Source: Desulfatiglandales bacterium
GTDB lineage: Bacteria > Desulfobacterota > DSM-4660 > Desulfatiglandales > Desulfatiglandaceae
Length of the DNA stretch: 64,000 nt
Assembly: GCA_963666345.1 (NCBI GenBank)
Contig: OY762721.1
Location: 3,104,001-3,168,000 of the forward strand
Direction: 5' to 3'
The translations under genes were made by a program, and so were the position numbers. Each line of letters opens with the position of its first letter. The stretch's first letter is position 1. The notes under the pieces were generated by a model, which saw nothing but the letters and a program-made list of their open reading frames with translations, was not told the origin of the DNA and ran no database searches. Shown here piece after piece: positions 1 through 7,292 of the stretch.

Positions 1-358
1 ATGTCAAATAACATGCTGCTGGTAGTTATGTAAAGTGGGACGTCCTTAAACAATCAAATAAGTCAAGGTAGAATGAAAGAATGGGGGCTGAATCTACACT
101 CTTAACAAATGACAGGATAGATACCTGATGCTTGAAAAATACATAAAGATCTTTTTAAACCTGCGGACAGACCATTATGCGTGCCCATATTCACTTGATT
201 CCGAGATAAGACGGCGATAGCCCGAATCCCAGAGGCGGCGTAAGGGGCGTCATACCTGACAAGATGGCATATTGGAAGAACTTAGTGTGAGTTCAAGGCT
301 TTTCGAAGTTTCAGTTTGCGATCTCAGCGTTTTCTTTCTGAGGTAATTTAAAATCACT

Positions 359-387
359 TTGACTATTTGTATCCTACGAGATACACT
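359..387 (+). promoter_or_regulatory. sigma70-type promoter with overlapping operator for the first TA module
   Basis: TTGACT (359-364), 17 bp, TACACT (382-387); inverted repeat TGTATC-N6-GATACA (368-385) overlaps it. Confidence 0.55.
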
Positions 388-393
388 TAGGGC

Positions 394-522
394 ATGAAAT
401 ACAAACTCCGAAGTACGAAACAATTATGACAAATGGTTTTCCTACTGGCCGGTGGTAACAAGTCCAGCCAGGAAAAAGATATTGAAAAGGTCGCTGAACT
501 TTTGAAAGAATTGGAGGATTGA
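394..522 (+). pseudogene. RelE/HigB-like addiction-module killer toxin, internally deleted
   Basis: Starts MKYKLRSTKQ and ends LLAGGNKSSQEKDIEKVAELLKELED*, the typical LLxGGDKSTQxxDI C-terminus; central part absent and frame broken. Confidence 0.75.
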
Positions 523-525
523 ATC

Positions 526-804
526 ATGAAACTTAAAACAAAATCGTTTGATATTGCCGAACATTTGAATACCCTTGAAGAGATTCGCGTCTTTCTGCAA
601 GAGGTTGTTGCTACTGGCGACGAATCCGACTTCATCCACGCCTTGAATACCGCTGCCAGAGCAATAGGCATGACCGAGGTCGCTAAAAAAGCCGGAGTCA
701 CCCGCGCAGGCCTATATAAATCTCTTGCCGAAGACGGCAATCCAAAATTTATCACAATCAGCAAAGTAACAAAGGCCCTTGGCTGTAAGATAGGTGTTTT
801 GTAA
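526..804 (+). CDS. Addiction-module antidote protein (HigA-like HTH antitoxin)
   Basis: FDIAEHL...ARAIGMTEVAKKAGVTRAGLYKSLAEDGNPKF motif; GGAGG RBS; follows toxin remnant. Confidence 0.9.
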   Translation: MKLKTKSFDIAEHLNTLEEIRVFLQEVVATGDESDFIHALNTAARAIGMTEVAKKAGVTRAGLYKSLAEDGNPKFITISKVTKALGCKIGVL

Positions 805-866
805 AGGGCATTTCAAGAACATATTTTCAACCGTGTAAACGACTTTCCAACAACTGCAGTATAATT

Positions 867-983
867 GGGGTCGCCGAGATAACCATCTTAAATAAGGCTA
901 AAATGCCGGAATTTTGAGCATTTTTTGACAACAGGTCCTTTTGGAATGATTAACATGTGTAATCAATAGGTTGGCGTGACCCC
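867..983. mobile_element. GGGGTC...GACCCC mini-element, copy 1 (shortest)
   Basis: Ends GGGGTCGCC / GGCGTGACCCC; 3' part TTTTGGAATGATTAACATGTGTAATCAATAGGTTGGCGTG shared with the copies ending at 6317 and 11138. Confidence 0.65.
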
Positions 984-999
984 AAATTCCACAAATTCA

Positions 1000-1625
1000 C
1001 CATTAAATAACCCCTTAATCCACCAGTTTTACTGGTGGGTCCCAGCTATGCTAAGCGGGTAGCGTGGTGGTGACAAAAAAAGAATACCTCCATAATATCG
1101 GGGTAGGTGACCCTGAAGATAAAAGGAGGTATTCAATGAATGATTTTAGAAAATTAGCACATGCGATCTGGGATTGCAAATACCACATAGTTTGGTGCCC
1201 GAAATATCGATTCAGGATTCTGAAAGGTGCAGTAAGAAAATCAGTCTGTGAAATTATAAAGCAGCTGTGCGAATGGAAGAAGCTTGAAATTCTGGAAATG
1301 AATGTCCAGAAAGACCATGTGCATCTTGTGATATCAATACCACCGAAGTTATCGGTTTCGGAAGTAACAGGTTTTTTGAAAGGCAAATGCGCCATAAAGA
1401 TCTTTGATAGGCATCTGGAGTTGGAAAGGCGGTACTGGGGAAGGCATTTTTGGGCGAAGGGATACTGTGTCAGTACCATAGGACTGGATGAGGAGAAGAT
1501 CAGAAAGTATGTCAAATGGCAGTTGGAAAAAGATAAGCGCATGTAATTGCCTAGTATAAGGATGTAAATGTTACCCTTTTAGGGTCACCTTTTAGTCCAC
1601 CCCTTTTAGGGGTGGTTGTTAAATT
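1000..1625 (+). mobile_element. IS200/IS605-family element, tnpA only (ends approximate)
   Basis: Subterminal hairpins CCACCAGT-TTT-ACTGGTGG (1020-1038), ACCCT-TTT-AGGGT (1573-1585) and CCACCCCT-TTT-AGGGGTGG (1597-1615) flank tnpA. Confidence 0.8.
1136..1546 (+). CDS. tnpA: IS200-type Y1 (HUH) transposase
   Basis: YHIVWCPKYR, DHVHL (HUH), FWAKGYCVSTIG, YVKWQ catalytic Tyr; AGGAGG RBS before ATG 1136. Confidence 0.95.
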   Translation: MNDFRKLAHAIWDCKYHIVWCPKYRFRILKGAVRKSVCEIIKQLCEWKKLEILEMNVQKDHVHLVISIPPKLSVSEVTGFLKGKCAIKIFDRHLELERRYWGRHFWAKGYCVSTIGLDEEKIRKYVKWQLEKDKRM

Positions 1626-1755
1626 CATCAAATTCCACAAATTCAAGGATTGCCAAGGCTGTTTGTCAAACCGGCTTAATCAACCGAACCGCCCTGGTAC
1701 GTGATCCGTATGCCGGGTGGTGTGGGCTTACTATTACCCATAAGTCTAGACGATT

Positions 1756-2067
1756 TTATCGCCGAGTTTCTTCCTTAAAAGCCTCAATATTTGCCTCAAC
1801 AAGTTGCTCGATCAGTTTCCTTAGTCGGGCATAATTGGCGATCATCTTTCGCATTCTGGTTAACTGGTCTCTTTTAACATAAACGCTACGTGTTTTTTGT
1901 TGGCTATCCTTATAGGTCAGCCGATATGCCATCCGGGATGACTTTTTTGAGCATATGCATCTCGCTCTGTTGCATGTGGAACAAACGCTTGTAATCGACC
2001 CGCGAACAAATTCAGGGAATTGGGCTAATTTTTTTAAAAGATCATTTCGTTTTTTGACAGGATTCAT
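1756..2067 (-). CDS. DUF6788-like small basic Cys-containing protein, IS passenger
   Basis: RGSITSVCSTCNRARCIC...YRLTYKD...KTRSVYV pattern; GGAGG RBS before MNPVKK; lies inside the IS ends. Confidence 0.7.
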   Translation of the reverse strand: MNPVKKRNDLLKKLAQFPEFVRGSITSVCSTCNRARCICSKKSSRMAYRLTYKDSQQKTRSVYVKRDQLTRMRKMIANYARLRKLIEQLVEANIEAFKEETRR

Positions 2068-2088
2068 CCTTGACACCTCCCTATCGTA

Positions 2089-2117
2089 ATAGTAGACGTA
2101 TATAATACGTCTACTAT
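2089..2117. promoter_or_regulatory. Palindrome between the divergent IS genes, putative operator
   Basis: ATAGTAGACGTAT-ATA-ATACGTCTACTAT, 13-bp perfect arms, contains TATAAT. Confidence 0.6.
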
Positions 2118-2148
2118 ACAAATGTCAACTTTTAATGGGAGGCGTTCA

Positions 2149-3594
2149 ATGAACCCAAAAAATAGATCAAGTTGGGCGGCGGAAGAGTTTGCAGAGGTCA
2201 AGCTCGGAGATAAAAGACTCGATGCAAGGCTGATTAAGCTGTGTGATAGATTTTCGGATGCTCCAGAGAGCCCCATCAACCAAGCATGCGTGGATTGGGC
2301 AGAGACCAAAGCTGCTTATCGTTTTTTTCAAAACAACAAAGTTGAGGTTGGTAAGATGTTGGCGGCCCACCGATGTAAAACAGCTCAGCGTACTAAGGAA
2401 CACAAAACGGTTCTTGCACTCCAAGATACCAGTTATTTTGTCTATACTGACCATCCGAAGACCGAAGGACTCGGGAAGATGTCTTTAAAGAAGGGTAAAA
2501 ACGTGAAAAATATCTATTCCAACGGCCTGATAATGCATACATGTCTGGCTGTAACAACTAAAGGCCTCCCACTCGGACTGTTGGATCAAAAAATATTTTC
2601 ACGGAAACTCCGGAAAAAGGATAACAAAAAAGCAAAACCTCACGCCAATCTCCCGATAGAGGAAAAGGAAAGCTATAGATGGCTTGAGGCATTAGAAAAC
2701 ACTAAGGAATTAACAGGTTGTACCCGAATCGTCACAGTCTGCGATCGAGAAGCCGATCTATACGATTTCTTTATGCGTAGCCATCAAATCAATGCCCCTG
2801 TCCTCGTTCGAGCAAACGTAGATAGGATTATAAATCGTAAATCCCGTTATGCAGAAAAGAATGTCGAAAAACTTTGGGAGAATATGCGAAAACAGCCTGA
2901 TTCAGGTTCTTACGTGGTAGAAATCGCGAAAAGGTCTAAGTCGAAGCATGCCAAAGAAAGGGAAGCACGCACCGCGATGGTCTCTGTACGTTTCGGCTCT
3001 TTTACCCTCAATCCTCCCCGCAATAGTATCAGGCACAGCACTGAGAAACTTCCAGACATTGAGATGCACGCAGTCTATGTTATAGAAACAAATCCGCCTG
3101 ATAGCGAGGAAGCTATCGAGTGGATGCTCCTGACCAATCTTCCAGTCATGTCGTATGAAGATGCTTATGAAAAAGTTTTGTGGTACTGCTTACGCTGGCG
3201 AATTGAAATGTACTTCAAGGTCTTAAAGTCCGGTTTTAGGGTCGAATCATGTCGGCTAGGGCATGCCGATCGGCTGGCAAAATACCTCACAGTTATGAGC
3301 ATTGTAGCTTGGAGGATCTTCATGATTACCTTGATCGCTCGTACCGATCCGACAACACCCTGCTCAACTTTCCTTACCGATCAGGAGTGGAAAGCCCTTT
3401 TCCTGCATGCAAATATAAACAAACCTATACCGAAAAAGCCACCAACCATTGGTATTGTAGTCATCTGGATTGCAAAACTAGGAGGTCACCTAGCCCGAAA
3501 AAACGATGGGCCTCCTGGTACTATCACATTATGGAGAGGATGGAAGCGTCTTGCAGATCTGAGTGAAGGCTTGAAACTGGCGGATCAGCTATGA
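2149..3594 (+). CDS. IS4-family DDE transposase (Tn5-like)
   Basis: WAAEEF..LGDKRL N-terminus, LQDTS, VCDREAD, YCLRWRIEMYFKVLKSG (YREK), PPGTITLWRGW C-terminus. Confidence 0.95.
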   Translation: MNPKNRSSWAAEEFAEVKLGDKRLDARLIKLCDRFSDAPESPINQACVDWAETKAAYRFFQNNKVEVGKMLAAHRCKTAQRTKEHKTVLALQDTSYFVYTDHPKTEGLGKMSLKKGKNVKNIYSNGLIMHTCLAVTTKGLPLGLLDQKIFSRKLRKKDNKKAKPHANLPIEEKESYRWLEALENTKELTGCTRIVTVCDREADLYDFFMRSHQINAPVLVRANVDRIINRKSRYAEKNVEKLWENMRKQPDSGSYVVEIAKRSKSKHAKEREARTAMVSVRFGSFTLNPPRNSIRHSTEKLPDIEMHAVYVIETNPPDSEEAIEWMLLTNLPVMSYEDAYEKVLWYCLRWRIEMYFKVLKSGFRVESCRLGHADRLAKYLTVMSIVAWRIFMITLIARTDPTTPCSTFLTDQEWKALFLHANINKPIPKKPPTIGIVVIWIAKLGGHLARKNDGPPGTITLWRGWKRLADLSEGLKLADQL

Positions 3595-3681
3595 TACTTA
3601 TGGGTAATAGTAAGGTGGTGTGGGAGGAGGGGAGTTGCGAGGCTCCTCCCTATCCCGATTAACCGTTTGGAAATTTCCCCC

Positions 3682-3710
3682 TTGCCAAAAGCTTTTTTAT
3701 GATCTATATT
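3682..3710 (+). promoter_or_regulatory. sigma70-type promoter of the Phd/RelE cassette
   Basis: TTGCCA, 17 bp, TATATT. Confidence 0.5.
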
Positions 3711-3755
3711 AAGACCAATAAAAAAACATAATATAGCACATTAAAGGAGTTGAAA

Positions 3756-4007
3756 ATGGAATCGGTTTTAGCAAAATGTTCAGCAAGTATTTCAGAGCTA
3801 AAAAAGAATCCCTCTTCTCTTATCCAACAAGCAGAAGGCGAGCCTATTGCTATTCTGAACCACAATAAGCCGACTGCATATCTTATTCCGGCTGATACAT
3901 ACGAAATAATGCTTGAGCAGATAGAAGATTATCACCTGGGCTTAATCGTCAAAGAACGTCAGCATGAAAAAGAGTATGCTGTCGAGGTGAACCTCAATGA
4001 GTTATAG
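3756..4007 (+). CDS. Phd/YefM (StbD-like) antitoxin
   Basis: SASISELKKNP...EPIAILNHNKPTAYLIP motif; start may be TTG 3750. Confidence 0.9.
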   Translation: MESVLAKCSASISELKKNPSSLIQQAEGEPIAILNHNKPTAYLIPADTYEIMLEQIEDYHLGLIVKERQHEKEYAVEVNLNEL

Positions 4008-4277
4008 GCTTAAATTCCTTCCATCGGCATTAAAGGAATGGAAAAAACTCGATAACTCCTTGCAACCCCAATTAAAAAAAAACTTGCTGAGCGATTTGAA
4101 AATCCACGAATTATTTCTGCTAAACTTTCGGGATTTGAAAATCACTACAAAATCAAACTAAGAGCAAGCGGTTATCGACTTGTATACGAAGTTGTTGATG
4201 AAGAACTTATCGTGTATGTGATAGCTGTTGGAAAACGAAAGAGGAATGTCGTCTATAAAAAAGCAAAAAATAGATGA
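3997..4277 (+). pseudogene. RelE/StbE toxin, frameshifted in an A9 run
   Basis: MSYRLKFLPSALKEWKKLD...QL then, in another frame, LAERFENPR...YKIKLRASGYRLVYEV...VIAVGKR; A-run 4074-4082 is one base short; missing from the ORF track. Confidence 0.85.
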
Positions 4278-4281
4278 TTTC

Positions 4282-4407
4282 GGTTGACAAAACGCTGCAG
4301 CCGACCCGGGTGAGCGCGGCTTTCTTATAGTCCTTTGTTTTTGATAAAATTTGGCTTTTACAACGTACTCGGCAATTTTCCCCGGTGGGCTGAGCTTAAC
4401 GTTATGC
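4282..4407 (+). other. attC-like recombination site
   Basis: R'' GGTTGAC; L'' arm GCT(G)CAGCCGACCCGGG pairs with CCCGGTGGGCTGAGC leaving an extrahelical base; R' GTTATGC. Confidence 0.75.
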
Positions 4408-4605
4408 GCCTTGCGACGAAAGCAAAACATTCCTTTATTTGTGGTTGTGCGGAGGTGTAGTTTGGTTTAGCAGAAGCGGCCAAGGATATGAACTACCCTT
4501 GTCCGCCCAAATCGCCGTAGCGGGTGTTAACTGATGGATTGCCTATCGGCATTTGGTCTTGCCGTTTGTCAGTTTATTCGTGAAAGGTTGCTATGTACTT
4601 GCTGT

Positions 4606-4881
4606 TTACTTCAAATCCATCTTTTCGGGTTCACACAAGAGGCCCGGATTGATAGCCGTCTTTCCGCAATTTTTGCACGAATACCGATTATTGTTGACAC
4701 GATTTTGGCAGGCTTGGGGTGGAGGCAGATCTTTTGAGCCGCACCAGTCTGCTTTGGTGATCCTTCCGGCAGGGTTACATATATTGTTTTGATCCAAGGA
4801 TACGGCACCGCAGTTGCCGCAGTAGAACGCCTTGGTGTCTTTAGGCAGAGGCGTGTGTTTTTTCATGTCAGCTTCAGTCAT
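4606..4881 (-). CDS. Small Cys-rich putative metal-binding protein
   Basis: Two CxxCG...CxP units plus WCG and one further Cys; AAGGAG RBS. Confidence 0.7.
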   Translation of the reverse strand: MTEADMKKHTPLPKDTKAFYCGNCGAVSLDQNNICNPAGRITKADWCGSKDLPPPQACQNRVNNNRYSCKNCGKTAINPGLLCEPEKMDLK

Positions 4882-5100
4882 CTACAAATCTCCTTTTAAG
4901 TTCAACCATTTAATAAACCGGGGCTTCCCATATCAAGTTTAACTCATGTAATCTACCTTCTGTGGAGTTATTTCCCATTATGTTCTATTTGCGCTTGGCC
5001 GTCAACAACTGGCAATGAATCGGTGCTGAGCATTTCTTCCACCACGGGTTTCTTGCAGATCGAACAGCACCTTCGTTTGACAAGTAGTACCAGTGGGGGC

Positions 5101-5301
5101 ACATAACAACTCATTGGAGCCGACTGCAATGGGCGTGCACCCCTGAGTCTGGCCCATTTCCAAAACCCGCTTCCGCTTCAACTTTGCGCTCGACAAACGG
5201 TTGACTCTGAATCATGTCGTCAGTTACACTGGCACCAATGAAGTGGGCGCAAATGCTCGATTAGCTTGCACCCTTTCATCGGCTCAATTCGGGCGTTAGG
5301 G
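5101..5301 (+). other. Long attC-like site (201 bp)
   Basis: R'' ACATAAC; ATTG(G)AGCCGA pairs with TCGGCTCAAT; R' GTTAGGG. Confidence 0.7.
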
Positions 5302-5335
5302 CGTAGGAGCTTAGCAATTCTCTTAATGAATAGCC

Positions 5336-5896
5336 ATGACAGTCTTCGATGATATCCGGCTTGCATTATTCATCGCCACAATTGTGGTAATGACGTTCAT
5401 TTCACGGAAGACTATCCTCAATTTCCGATCACACGGATTCTATCGGTTCCTTGCGTGGGAAGCAATCGCTGCACTAATCATTTGGAACTTGCCTCATTGG
5501 TTCTCTGATCCTTTCTCCGTCAAGCAGTTGATATCATGGATATTATTAATTGTATCTGTTTATGTTCTATGGCAAGGGGTGTCGCGGCTTCGCGCAGCGA
5601 AACGATCCAACAGTCGCAGCTCGAAGGAATTGTATGCCTTTGAACGGACATCAGAACTCGTAACCTCAGGAATCTACCGCTATATTCGACATCCACTCTA
5701 TACTTCCCTGTTTTACCTCGCATGGGGGGCATTTCTTAAGGAGATTTCATGGGTTTCCATCATTCTGATAATCATGGCAAGTTTATCACTATTTGCCACT
5801 GCCAGAGCTGATGAGCACGAGTGTATTCAATATTTTGGTGATCGGTACAAAGAATATATGGAGGGCACGAAAAGATTCATTCCATTCGTATTTTGA
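5336..5896 (+). CDS. Isoprenylcysteine carboxyl methyltransferase / PEMT-family membrane protein
   Basis: LVTSGIYRYIRHPLY and FGDRYKEYMEGTKRFIP motifs; several TM segments. Confidence 0.9.
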   Translation: MTVFDDIRLALFIATIVVMTFISRKTILNFRSHGFYRFLAWEAIAALIIWNLPHWFSDPFSVKQLISWILLIVSVYVLWQGVSRLRAAKRSNSRSSKELYAFERTSELVTSGIYRYIRHPLYTSLFYLAWGAFLKEISWVSIILIIMASLSLFATARADEHECIQYFGDRYKEYMEGTKRFIPFVF

Positions 5897-5916
5897 CTCT
5901 ATGCAACTGCCACTGA

Positions 5917-6317
5917 GGGGTCGGTGAGGGGTCGGGAGGGGTCGGGGTCGGGCCATGGTAACACTCTGAAATAACTTCGAAAGACGACTGAAAAGGGCCT
6001 GAAATAGGGTCTATATTGCGTTTTTTGATACCAAAAAGGGCATTATAGGTTCTTGGTGATGGCAAGAGCAAAAAGACATTTGAGATGAAAAGAGGATCGA
6101 TGGTGTAGGGCGCACCTGTTTTTAGAGATGTCGAATTCGCTTTTGCTTGGAGGCGCAGTCGTCAGAAAGATAAAACAATCCGGAGAGGGCTATGAGCTTC
6201 GAGAGCCTGTAAATCCCTATATCGTCAATTTTGAGGCTGAAGACGGCGATACAGGCCTTGAAAACAGGTATTTTTGGAATGATTAACATGTGTAATCAAT
6301 AGGTTGGCGTGGCCCCC
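5917..6317 (+). mobile_element. GGGGTC...GGCCCC mini-element, copy 2, with transposase-like terminal coding remnants
   Basis: Four GGGGTC at 5917, 5928, 5938, 5944; ATG 6059 MARAKRH; 6182-6286 GEGYELREPVNPYIVNFEAEDGDTGLENRYFWND*; 6055-6317 closely similar to 10879-11138. Confidence 0.7.
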
Positions 6318-6548
6318 AAGTATCAGAAAGGTGATGACTAAAGGATCATAAAACCATACACACAAACCACTAGCTTCTACAATATGTGAAGCCAGGAAAA
6401 TGGTCTGAACCGTCAACTAGCAGCATCCGGACATGGACTGCCAACTTCAATTGGACTTTATCTACAGAGTCGTTGGCATCCAGCAAATTTTTCTTGAAAT
6501 ACACCAAAACAACCTATATTTTGTGTATATGTGATTGGAGGTGATCAT

Positions 6549-6749
6549 ATGGGCAGAACAAACGTGGTGATTGATGATAATCTGGTCAATGAATGTCAAA
6601 AATTGACCGGAATTCGTACACGGCGCGCTCTTATAGACTACGCGCTACATGAGGTGCGACGCCGTGGTCGTCAGAAACGATTGCTTGAACTGAAGGGCAC
6701 TATCAAATGGGAGGGTGACCTTACCGAGTGGCGGGAGGCTCGTGATTAA
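6549..6749 (+). CDS. vapB: VapB antitoxin
   Basis: RTNVVIDDNL...LLELKGTIKWEGDL motif; GGAGG RBS. Confidence 0.85.
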   Translation: MGRTNVVIDDNLVNECQKLTGIRTRRALIDYALHEVRRRGRQKRLLELKGTIKWEGDLTEWREARD

Positions 6750-7138
6750 TGGTGCTTGTCGATACATCAGTTTGGATCGACTTATTTGCAGGCCGTAACG
6801 AGTCACATGTGATGTCACTTCAGGAACTGATCGAGAGTGAAGAGGATTTGTCACTCTGTGGAGTTATCCTTGCGGAAGTTCTCCTAGGTATCCGTTCTGA
6901 TGCAGATTTTACCAAAACAAAGGAGTATCTTGGCGACCTTATTTTCCTGCCCATGCGGCAAGCATCATTTGTAAAAGCAGCTGAGCTCTATAGGTCCCTT
7001 CGAAAGAAAGGGGTTTCAATTCGGAAACCAGTTGATTGTATGATTGCTTCTGTTGCAATTGAGTACAATATCCAACTGCTTCACAATGACCGCGATTTCA
7101 ACCATATTGCCAGGCACTCAAAGCTTAGAATATTTTGA
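6749..7138 (+). CDS. vapC: VapC PIN-domain toxin
   Basis: VLVDTSVWID, AEVLLG, VDCMIA, LLHNDRDF. Confidence 0.92.
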   Translation: MVLVDTSVWIDLFAGRNESHVMSLQELIESEEDLSLCGVILAEVLLGIRSDADFTKTKEYLGDLIFLPMRQASFVKAAELYRSLRKKGVSIRKPVDCMIASVAIEYNIQLLHNDRDFNHIARHSKLRIF

Positions 7139-7145
7139 TTGAAAA

Positions 7146-7273
7146 TGCCAACCACAGTTTGGAGAGGGACCGGGAAAACTGGGCCGTTTTTGGCCAGTCT
7201 TTTCATTGCTTCTTCTCTGGCTGTCTCTTCATTCAGTGGTAATCGGTCCCGGTCTCTCAAACTTAAGTTTGCA
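7146..7273 (+). other. attC-like site closing the vapBC cassette
   Basis: R'' TGCCAAC; GTTTG(G)AGAGGGACCGGGA pairs with TCCCGGTCTCTCAAAC; R' GTTTGCA; ATGCCAAC is the exact complement of cassette start GTTGGCAT (6472-6479). Confidence 0.75.
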
Positions 7274-7292
7274 ATCATCACAGGAAATCTAA

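Larger units (their letters stand above)
1727..3614 (+). mobile_element. IS4-family (IS50/Tn5-like) insertion sequence, 1888 bp
   Basis: Perfect 19-bp terminal inverted repeats CTTACTATTACCCATAAGT (1727-1745, 3596-3614); 10-bp target duplication GTGGTGTGGG (1717-1726, 3615-3624). Confidence 0.95.
1644..3659 (+). mobile_element. Group IIC intron 3' remnant (RT C-terminus, domains V-VI), interrupted by the IS4 element
   Basis: 1644-1679 encodes QGLPRLFVKPA*; then GAACCGCCCTGGTACGTGATCCGTATGCCGGGTGGTGTGGG (domain V with CGC triad) and, after the IS, AGGAGGGGAGTTGCGAGGCTCCTCCCTATCCCGAT (domain VI and 3' splice end). Confidence 0.85.

Noticed and set aside
36..110. REP-like motifs GGGGACGTCC and GGGGGCTGAATCTACACTCTTAAC
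   Set aside because: Suggestive of transposase-associated ends but single, short and cut by the window edge
983..1645. 17-bp direct repeat as the IS200 target duplication
   Set aside because: IS200/IS605 elements do not duplicate targets; better explained as a pre-existing CAAATTC repeat tract
4470..5070. Extra attC sites near 4476-4531 and 5000-5070
   Set aside because: Partial hairpins and GTTAAC/GTCAAC cores without a complete R''-L''-L'-R' set
6411..6478. attC upstream of vapB
   Set aside because: R' GTTGGCA is clear, but TGCCAAC at 6439 gives only 40 bp and no convincing L boxes; at most a degenerate remnant
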